A DNA stretch of 64,000 nt. Origin: Methanobacteriota archaeon. GTDB lineage: Bacteria > Bacteroidota > Bacteroidia > Flavobacteriales_D > Sanyastnellaceae. Numbering within the stretch: the first letter of the stretch is position 1; each line of letters begins with the position of its first letter. A program made the position numbers and the translations under genes. The DNA lies in NCBI GenBank assembly GCA_002723115.1, contig PBNL01000024.1:10101-74100 (forward strand), given 5' to 3'. Below are positions 1-7,358 of this stretch, one piece after another. The notes beneath the pieces were generated by a model. It saw only the letters and a program-made list of their open reading frames with translations, was not told the DNA's origin and searched no databases.

Positions 1-1
1 T

Positions 2-457
2 CCAGATTTCAACCCACCGTCTGATGACATCTTTGAGCGCCACTTGGACTACATCAAAAAGTTCAAGAAGGCTATTCTTATGGTTGCTGGTTCTGCAGCC
101 CAAAAACTAATGATGTCACTCGCTAAAGAACAGGAAATATTGATGGGAATTGCTGATATGGCGATTTGGGCTTACACAGCAGAATCAATTGTTCTAAGGG
201 TGCAAAAGCAGCACAAAGCCAGCGGTGATGCAGCAGTTGAATTGCCATTAGAAATAATGCAGACTTATGTGCACTCAGCAGCGGATAAAATTAATGTAGC
301 TGGGCGCGATGCTCTAATGGGTTTTGCTGATGGAGATGAGCTTAAGATGATGCTTATGGGCATGAAGCGATTCACTAAAGTTGAGCCATTTAACTGTAAA
401 GAATCGAGGCGTAAAATTGCCCAGGCTCTTATCGACAAGAATGAGTACTGCTTTTAG
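2..457 (+). CDS. acyl-CoA dehydrogenase family protein, C-terminal fragment (5' end lies outside the window)
   Basis: The frame is open from base 2 (PDFNPPSDDIFERHLDYIKKF...), so the track's TTG at 44 is internal. The C-terminal helical segment EQEILMGIADMAIWAYTAESIVLRVQK resembles long acyl-CoA dehydrogenases. Confidence 0.6.
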   Translation, partial: PDFNPPSDDIFERHLDYIKKFKKAILMVAGSAAQKLMMSLAKEQEILMGIADMAIWAYTAESIVLRVQKQHKASGDAAVELPLEIMQTYVHSAADKINVAGRDALMGFADGDELKMMLMGMKRFTKVEPFNCKESRRKIAQALIDKNEYCF

Positions 458-469
458 TATTTTTACCTC

Positions 470-1555
470 ATGGCAAAAAAGAACATCATCACCAAGGACT
501 CAGAGAAGTTCCTGGAAAATTATCTTAATAATCCTTCTCCAACAGGTTTTGAATCTGAAGGCCAAAAACTTTGGCTAGACTACATCAAACCATACATCGA
601 CGACTACTTTGTCGACACATATGGAACTGCAGTTGGAGTAATCAATCCAGAAGCTGAATACAAAGTGGTGATAGAAGCACACGCTGATGAAATCAGCTGG
701 TTTGTGCACTACATCACCCCTCAAGGTTATATATATCTAAGGAGAAATGGAGGCTCGGATCACCAAATTGCTCCTTCAAAGAGAGTTGTGATTCACACGA
801 AGAAGGGACCTGTTACTGGTGTTTTTGGCTGGCCTGCAATTCATACACGTAAGCCCGGCAAGGAGGAAACTCCACAAGTGAAGAATATCTTCCTCGACGT
901 TGGAGCCAAGGATAAAAAGGAAGTTGAGAAGATGGGTATTCACGTTGGATGTGTGGTTACGTATCCAGACGAATTCATCAAACTCAATAAAAAGTGGTAC
1001 GTAGGTCGTGCGCTTGACAACAGAGCTGGTGGGTTTATGATTGCTGAGGTAGCAAGACTTCTAAAAGAGAATAAGGTGAAATTGCCGTTTGGTCTATATA
1101 TCACAAATTCTGTTCAAGAGGAGATTGGGTTGAGAGGAGCCCAAATGATCGCTGAGCGCATTCAGCCTGATGTTGCTATTGTAACTGACGTTTGCCACTG
1201 CACTCATACTCCAATGATTAATAAGATTGAACAGGGTGATACTGCTGCAGGAAAGGGGCCAGCACTTACGTATGGACCTGCAGTCCAAAACAATCTTCTT
1301 CAAAGAATTATCGATACGGCTGAAAAGAATAAAATTGACTTTCAGCGTATGGCAGCATCTAGATCAACTGGTACAGACACTGATGCGTTTGCATATTCAA
1401 ATAAGGGAGTTGCAAGTGCTCTTATATCTCTTCCTTTGCGTTACATGCACACCACTGTTGAAATGGTACACAAGGATGATGTTGAGGGGTGTATCAGGTT
1501 GATGTTTGAAACCCTAAAGAATATCAAGAAGGGCGAGGATTTCAAATACCTTTAA
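470..1555 (+). CDS. M42 family metallopeptidase (aminopeptidase/endoglucanase-like)
   Basis: 361 aa. It has the IEAHADEI and GRALDNRAGG metal-ligand-type motifs and the length typical of the M42/FrvX family. Confidence 0.75.
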   Translation: MAKKNIITKDSEKFLENYLNNPSPTGFESEGQKLWLDYIKPYIDDYFVDTYGTAVGVINPEAEYKVVIEAHADEISWFVHYITPQGYIYLRRNGGSDHQIAPSKRVVIHTKKGPVTGVFGWPAIHTRKPGKEETPQVKNIFLDVGAKDKKEVEKMGIHVGCVVTYPDEFIKLNKKWYVGRALDNRAGGFMIAEVARLLKENKVKLPFGLYITNSVQEEIGLRGAQMIAERIQPDVAIVTDVCHCTHTPMINKIEQGDTAAGKGPALTYGPAVQNNLLQRIIDTAEKNKIDFQRMAASRSTGTDTDAFAYSNKGVASALISLPLRYMHTTVEMVHKDDVEGCIRLMFETLKNIKKGEDFKYL

Positions 1556-1632
1556 TCTGGAGAATCTAAGAGTGTAATTGTGCTCTTAAGGCGAGTGATG
1601 TAATCGAATTTGGTCTGGGCATCTAGATTTTC

Positions 1633-2109
1633 TTAAGATTGTATATCTTCAATTAATGCTTCTAGGTTGAGTTCAGCTTGAATGAGTTGATCACTGAATT
1701 GACTAACTCTATTTTCTAAATCAGTTCTTAGTTGATAGAATTCTGCAGCTTCTTTAACGATGGTTTGTACTTGAGTGTCTGTCCAAGGGCGAACAATGTA
1801 CTTGTAGATTCTACCCTTGTTGATAGCTTCAATTACAGAATCTAATTCAGATTGTTCTGCTATCATTATCCTAACTGGGTCAGGATATTCTGGCATTATT
1901 TGCTCAAAGAAGTTTAACCCTGTTGAAGATGCGAACTTTGGTGTTGAGATAATTAGTTCTATTGAAGAGTCACTTAAAACACTGATAGCATTATCTGTCG
2001 TAGTTGAAACCCAAAGCTTAGACTTACTACCAAGTGCTCTTCTGAAAGAAGAAGCAACATCATCGCTATTAGCGAGAAGAAGAGTATTTATCAGAGCATT
2101 ATCCGCCAT
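1633..2109 (-). CDS. stand-alone receiver-like (pseudo-receiver) domain protein with C-terminal coiled coil
   Basis: 158 aa with a CheY-like layout (LLLANSDD ... ELIISTPKF ... VRIMIAEQS ... YKYIVRPW). The phospho-acceptor Asp position reads Thr and the conserved Lys reads Arg. Confidence 0.5.
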   Translation of the reverse strand: MADNALINTLLLANSDDVASSFRRALGSKSKLWVSTTTDNAISVLSDSSIELIISTPKFASSTGLNFFEQIMPEYPDPVRIMIAEQSELDSVIEAINKGRIYKYIVRPWTDTQVQTIVKEAAEFYQLRTDLENRVSQFSDQLIQAELNLEALIEDIQS

Positions 2110-2632
2110 AGTAAACTTGAATATGTCCTTTAGCTAGAGCGTTAGCCCAATTTCTAAAAGCGACAAATCCAGATTCCGTTTCAGCAGATATAGATTGCTT
2201 TTGAAGTCTCAATATAAGAAATCCGTAGAGAGCTACAAGTAATTGTTCTACGGGATGGCCAGATGGGCCAGGTTGTTTGGCACTTAATTCTTTGATTAAG
2301 GGCTCAGCTACTTCAAAACATTCCTTGTATCTCTTGTCGTCAAGAGCTCCAAGAAGCATTTCATGTAGATGTGCTAGTTCTACCATTGTTTCACCGATTG
2401 AAGAAATGTGTCCTGATTCCGTTTTGCCTTGGCTTCTCATGTCAGCAGCAAGCGAGACTATCCATTGCTTTTCAAGTTCAGGATCAGTGCCTTCATTATT
2501 AGCTGTGTCCTCTGCCCAGTTTTCTAGAACTTGAGGATTGAACTGAGCAGCTCTAATCAAATCCTCAATCTGCCAGAGAAAGAGAATGTACTCAACTATA
2601 TGAGATTTCTTTTTACTCTCCGCTAGTATCAT
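2099..2632 (-). CDS. conserved hypothetical protein (DUF4924-like)
   Basis: 177 aa. The N-terminus KKSHIVEYILFLWQIEDLIRA matches my recollection of the Bacteroidota DUF4924 family. It overlaps both neighbours. Confidence 0.45.
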   Translation of the reverse strand: MILAESKKKSHIVEYILFLWQIEDLIRAAQFNPQVLENWAEDTANNEGTDPELEKQWIVSLAADMRSQGKTESGHISSIGETMVELAHLHEMLLGALDDKRYKECFEVAEPLIKELSAKQPGPSGHPVEQLLVALYGFLILRLQKQSISAETESGFVAFRNWANALAKGHIQVYYGG

Positions 2633-3182
2633 TAGTTGAATTTAATTGATCAAGGATCTCATTTGTCACATTGTACGGTGTCGTTCCGTACAAAACTCCT
2701 TCACCACTCAATCCCCAATTCAAAATCAAGTCAATATTGTTTTCTTCAGCAAATTCACCCATAATCTTGGTAAGAAATGCTGATACTGTATCCTGCATTA
2801 TCTGCTCTTGATTCAAAACATTATTTTCAGCCTGAGCCTGCATTTGCTGAAGTATAGATTCAATTTCATAAACCCTTGTTTGTGCAATTTGAATCTCATC
2901 CTCTGTAGCTACACCAGAATTTGCATATTCAATCAATTCTTGAGCTTCCTGCTGTAGTGGTGCTGCCTCAGCCTTCAATAGCGAATCTATCTGAGCAACA
3001 TTTACAGCTAAAGTTTCTTCAAGAGTTCTAATTAAATCCATTCCACTGTGAAGCGAATCACCATGAACATATGCTATTGTGGGAGAATCTAGATCTCCAC
3101 TAAACTTGGGCGTTGGTTTCAACTGAAGGTAGGTAATAGCTACAAGCCAAACCCCAATAACAACTATTACTGCTTTATTCAT
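2613..3182 (-). CDS. OmpH/Skp-like periplasmic chaperone family protein
   Basis: 189 aa with an N-terminal hydrophobic anchor, a long Q/E/A-rich helical core and a C-terminal IDLILNW..VLYG segment typical of OmpH-like proteins. Confidence 0.5.
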   Translation of the reverse strand: MNKAVIVVIGVWLVAITYLQLKPTPKFSGDLDSPTIAYVHGDSLHSGMDLIRTLEETLAVNVAQIDSLLKAEAAPLQQEAQELIEYANSGVATEDEIQIAQTRVYEIESILQQMQAQAENNVLNQEQIMQDTVSAFLTKIMGEFAEENNIDLILNWGLSGEGVLYGTTPYNVTNEILDQLNSTNDTSGE

Positions 3183-3430
3183 TTCTGTGTTTTTGTCATT
3201 AGTTGTTCCCTCATACTTACAAATCGAAGAAGCACTTCCACGGACATTGTCTCGCCGATTTTTTTCACCTCATCTATAGTATGAGCATCCATATCAAACT
3301 TGAACATCTGCTCATATCTATCCAATTCATACCTAAGTTGGTACTTGTCATTCCAACCAAGAATCGTAATCCTCATGAGTTGGTGAGGTATTTCGGCAAT
3401 AATACGCAATACTTTAATTTCCTGCGGCAA
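3179..3430 (-). CDS. hypothetical small protein
   Basis: 83-aa ORF wedged by a 4-nt and a 17-nt overlap between co-directional genes. No family recognised. Confidence 0.35.
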   Translation of the reverse strand: MPQEIKVLRIIAEIPHQLMRITILGWNDKYQLRYELDRYEQMFKFDMDAHTIDEVKKIGETMSVEVLLRFVSMREQLMTKTQK

Positions 3431-4622
3431 AGATAGAGACTCTATCGTCGTCCCATGCTCTCTTCAAAGGCGGTATTTTAGGGGATGAAGTATGCGCTAC
3501 TGCTCTAGTTAACATATGCACAAAAATGTTACCTACTTTCATGTGACACATGAGTCTTTTAGGGCAAGCACCTAATGATGATTTAATATCTAGTGCAGTC
3601 CTACCCATTGCTATTTTACTAGACCCCTTCCCTATTCCTTGCTTGATGAATTCCAAAAGCATTCGTTGGTACATAAAGTGGAGTTTGTTCTCTTCTTGCA
3701 AAAACCCAACAAAAAATGCTTCAGTAGTGTTACACGTAACAATTCCACACTGAAACCCTACCATTTCATCCTCCAAATAGTATGCAATAACGGGAAAATC
3801 TTCTCCCCATTGATTTTTTAACGAAACCAAATCCTCTTTATTCAAATGACCCAATGTGAATCCCGCTCTATCGTAAACTTGCTTATATAAATCGTGTAGT
3901 TTTGATGCGTTTGCACTCACTTCCTCAAGGGTTAGGTTTTTCAGAATCAACTCCTCTGAACCCCTCATAATCCTGCGAACTTTAGTTCTTGATTTTTTGC
4001 GAAGTGCAGCGCTGTATTGATCAATACTCTTCCATTCAGGAATTAAGTCTACTTCCATAACTGGATCGAATTCTAGGTCTATCCAGTGTTTATGCCAATT
4101 GCTTTTGCCTGCAATTTTTTGAGGCCATGGAAGGGCAGAATAATGATCTTTTATCATAGATGACAACGGCGGTTTTGAGCCATCGATCATGGGAATGTTT
4201 AAAGCTTGGTGGATTAGTTCAAACCTTTGTTCCTCAGTAATTGAATCGTGAAATCTGTAGGCATGATCTCCGCTTGACAGAACTGTACCAAGTACTCTAA
4301 CATTGAATTGAAAAACGCCATCTCCTCTGTACAAATACTGTTGGGCGAGTTTAAAAAATGGTCTTTCTGCTTTGAGAAATTTCCCTCGAGTTTGACTTAT
4401 TGCACGTGTGTCTTCTACTTGTGCTACACCTACAGTTTGGCCTTGAATATCTACCCATCTTAAAGCTTGTAGCATTCTCGAATCAACATCTAGAGCAGCC
4501 TTAATTGATCGTGAATCTAGATATGCAGATGGGTTTTCAAGAAGACACTCATCCCATTGCTTCCAATCATCATCAGACCAATCCCCACTTGAAGATGCAA
4601 TTTGTAAATCTAGAAAACTCAT
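3414..4622 (-). CDS. GNAT/FemAB-like (Acetyltransf_6-type) acyltransferase family protein
   Basis: 402 aa. The C-terminal half (LHDLYKQVYDRAGF...VIAYYLEDEMVGFQCGIV...FFVGF) resembles BioF2-like/FemAB-type GNAT folds. The N-terminal half is not recognised. Confidence 0.45.
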   Translation of the reverse strand: MSFLDLQIASSSGDWSDDDWKQWDECLLENPSAYLDSRSIKAALDVDSRMLQALRWVDIQGQTVGVAQVEDTRAISQTRGKFLKAERPFFKLAQQYLYRGDGVFQFNVRVLGTVLSSGDHAYRFHDSITEEQRFELIHQALNIPMIDGSKPPLSSMIKDHYSALPWPQKIAGKSNWHKHWIDLEFDPVMEVDLIPEWKSIDQYSAALRKKSRTKVRRIMRGSEELILKNLTLEEVSANASKLHDLYKQVYDRAGFTLGHLNKEDLVSLKNQWGEDFPVIAYYLEDEMVGFQCGIVTCNTTEAFFVGFLQEENKLHFMYQRMLLEFIKQGIGKGSSKIAMGRTALDIKSSLGACPKRLMCHMKVGNIFVHMLTRAVAHTSSPKIPPLKRAWDDDRVSIFAAGN

Positions 4623-4631
4623 TAAGCCAAA

Positions 4632-7139
4632 TTATTCCTTAGCACAACTTCCTGTAAATCCACAACACTTAAACCACGAAAAGGCTATAAACAAGAGTAA
4701 TAACAACGATCCAAATCCACTTACCATTCCAGCTCGCTTTGCCCCAACTGGTTCATAATGAAGAACTACCTCGTGATCCCCAGCAGAAATAGGAACTGCT
4801 CTTAGAATGTAATTTGCTCTAATCAGTGGCGCATCTATTCCGTCAATAGTTGCTGACCATCCTTCTGGATGCCAAATTTCGCTTAGCACTAAAAGTCCAT
4901 CAGAATCTCCAGAAACTTTATAAGTACTACCCTCTGGATGGTAATCTATTAATTCGACATTAAAAGTTGAAGAATCTGAATTATTTAATTCAGAAACTAA
5001 ATCCCTAAACTCTTCATGAACTACTGCTGTTGATGCAACATCTGTATCCTCTATTGAGAATAGTTCATCATCATTTGTAGAAACCCAGTTAATGTCATTT
5101 ACAACCCAAGCAGGACCAAGAGCGTTTGGCAACGGAATGGGTCCATCTTGAACTAGATACGTGATGTATTTGGTATTTAGCATGCTAGCACCCTTAAGTA
5201 TCGGTGCAGCTCCAGCTAAATTATTTGTAGTTCTAACTGCATTTAAAAACCTCTCATTTTGAGGTTGCAGAACATAAGTTATGAAGTCTTGATATCTGCG
5301 GAGTTTTGCTCCGTGATACCCACCTACGCTTTTAAAGAAATAAGAAGTGCGCGCATCATTCATTGGATTCTGCCAGTAAAGGACTCTGAAATGTGTCAGA
5401 TCATTTAAAGCTCTATACATAGCTGCATCATTGGCTCTTTTATACTTTCCCGCTGCTGTTCTTTCATTCATTTTAATCCCAAACTCCTCCTCTATCAATT
5501 CTAAATGCTCCTTATATTTTTCCTCAAAACCTTCAGTTTGGGCTATCTCATTTTGAAGTATCATTTGCTCGTAAACACTCGCCTCATGAGGGAACGAGGT
5601 ATTAAATTCTGAATCAAATGATCTATTATAACGCTGGTCAACACTATAAACGTCGAATAACATAATTATAGCCAAAGCACCTATAGCTATCTCTCTTTTC
5701 AAGACTCCTTTTATACAAACAAAAACTGCTGCTAAAGCAAGAGAAATCAACCCTACTGATCTAAGAATATCAGCTCTGAAGATTTCTATTCTCATTTTAG
5801 ATAGCTGATTTGCTGGCAATTCAGTTTGCATCCTATCGGGCCTAATAGAAGATGTGAAATCAAAAAATGTATTTGGCAACATATAGAATGCCAAAAGCAC
5901 ACCTAACACCCCGCCAAGCGAATAAACCCAAGGCTTCCAATTTCCACTTCCAGATTCATCCCAAAGTCTCTTAAGCATCATTGCAACACCTAGGGAAACT
6001 GCTAGTTGAACTAAAACCAACATCATTTTAGTATCCCTAAACTTGCTGAACATTGGAACATAGTCAAGGAAGAAATCAGTGACAAATGAAGCGTCTCTCC
6101 ACGACAAGATTATAGCTAAAATTGAAATTGCTAGTACTGGCCACCTCAATCTATCCTTTCCTATAAAAAAGAAAGCCAACAACAGTGCGAATGCTATTGC
6201 ACCGAAGTAAATAGCACCTCCAGAAAATCTTTGTTCACCCCAATAAAGTTGGTTTGCGCCTCCCTTGATATCAGGGACAATCCCGCTTAACCACTCTCCT
6301 CTCGAAAGACTGTATTCTAGGATGTAGTCTTTGTTTAAACCGTCGTTTTGGTCTGCTAATACTTCTTCTAGGATAGCTTCTCCACGAGTTGTATATGTTG
6401 AGTAATCTTTTGTGATTTGTAACCCCGGAAGTGATGGCACTAGAGACACGAGTGCTGCAGCAATAAGAACCGCAGAAGTGGTTGCAAACTTTTTAATCTT
6501 GCCATCGTTTATTGCTTTAATTAGTTCACCTATCCCCACTGCTCCAATCAGGAACATTAGGTAATAAGTCATCTGTAGGTGATTTGCATCAATGTGCATA
6601 GAGAGGAAGAAAGCAGTTATGGCCGCGCCTCCCCACATGTTATTTCTGAATGCATAAATTACTCCACCCAGCACACCTGGCATCAATGCAATAGCGCGAA
6701 CTTTTGTTGCGTGGCCAGCTGCCATATACAATATGTTGATAGAGGCCAAACCAAATGTCACACCAGTAATGAACGCAACAAGTGGAGGAGCTTTTAGGCA
6801 AAGTGCGAGAACATAGGCTGAGAGCATTGCCAGAAACAGGGTCATGATTTCTGGTGACATCAAAAGTCTTAGGATGTACCAGATGTATTTGGGCAGGGAC
6901 ATAATGCCTGGCCCAGTGATTTGGACTGTAGGCATTCCTCCAAACATACTATTCGTCCATGAAGGTCTTTCTCCCTCAATATCTTCATAGCTGAGAGTCT
7001 CGTGAGACATCCCAATGTATTGTTTGGTATCTCCCTGGACTAGTCTTTTACCGTCCTGTATTACGGGTAGATAGAAAACACATGCAATCGCATAAAAAGC
7101 TACGATTGAAAGAATATGAGGTAGGGGCTTTTTGAGCAT
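4632..7139 (-). CDS. YfhO-family polytopic membrane protein
   Basis: 835 aa. It has many predicted TM helices in the first ~500 aa, a large C-terminal extracytoplasmic domain and a final TM, which is the YfhO-type architecture. Confidence 0.6.
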   Translation of the reverse strand: MLKKPLPHILSIVAFYAIACVFYLPVIQDGKRLVQGDTKQYIGMSHETLSYEDIEGERPSWTNSMFGGMPTVQITGPGIMSLPKYIWYILRLLMSPEIMTLFLAMLSAYVLALCLKAPPLVAFITGVTFGLASINILYMAAGHATKVRAIALMPGVLGGVIYAFRNNMWGGAAITAFFLSMHIDANHLQMTYYLMFLIGAVGIGELIKAINDGKIKKFATTSAVLIAAALVSLVPSLPGLQITKDYSTYTTRGEAILEEVLADQNDGLNKDYILEYSLSRGEWLSGIVPDIKGGANQLYWGEQRFSGGAIYFGAIAFALLLAFFFIGKDRLRWPVLAISILAIILSWRDASFVTDFFLDYVPMFSKFRDTKMMLVLVQLAVSLGVAMMLKRLWDESGSGNWKPWVYSLGGVLGVLLAFYMLPNTFFDFTSSIRPDRMQTELPANQLSKMRIEIFRADILRSVGLISLALAAVFVCIKGVLKREIAIGALAIIMLFDVYSVDQRYNRSFDSEFNTSFPHEASVYEQMILQNEIAQTEGFEEKYKEHLELIEEEFGIKMNERTAAGKYKRANDAAMYRALNDLTHFRVLYWQNPMNDARTSYFFKSVGGYHGAKLRRYQDFITYVLQPQNERFLNAVRTTNNLAGAAPILKGASMLNTKYITYLVQDGPIPLPNALGPAWVVNDINWVSTNDDELFSIEDTDVASTAVVHEEFRDLVSELNNSDSSTFNVELIDYHPEGSTYKVSGDSDGLLVLSEIWHPEGWSATIDGIDAPLIRANYILRAVPISAGDHEVVLHYEPVGAKRAGMVSGFGSLLLLLFIAFSWFKCCGFTGSCAKE

Positions 7140-7162
7140 GACAGCAAGTTAACACTTGCAAG

Positions 7163-7354
7163 CTACTCGTCCACTTCTTCGAAGTCTACATAATCCCCGA
7201 TATTATCGGAATTTGGCTTTTTCTTCTTAGGAGGTGGCGGCGGTGTTTGGCTTCTATTTTGCTGATTGAAACGCCTAGATCTACCCCCAAATAGCATATC
7301 CATCCATTTGAAAACAATCCAAGCGATTATAGCATAAAATATAAACGTAAACAT
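7163..7354 (-). CDS. small membrane protein (DUF4834-like)
   Basis: 63 aa with an N-terminal TM helix, a basic/Pro-rich linker (PPPPPKKKKP) and an acidic tail DYVDFEEVDE typical of DUF4834. Confidence 0.5.
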   Translation of the reverse strand: MFTFIFYAIIAWIVFKWMDMLFGGRSRRFNQQNRSQTPPPPPKKKKPNSDNIGDYVDFEEVDE

Positions 7355-7358
7355 CTGA

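Noticed and set aside
381-578. 65-aa plus-strand ORF bridging the acyl-CoA dehydrogenase 3' end and the M42 peptidase 5' end.
   Set aside because: It overlaps two well-supported frames and has no features of its own.
1556-1632. Possible bidirectional terminator between the convergent M42 peptidase and pseudo-receiver genes (TAAGAG ... CTCTTA).
   Set aside because: It has only a 6-bp stem with a 10-nt loop and no clear U-tract, which is too weak to call.
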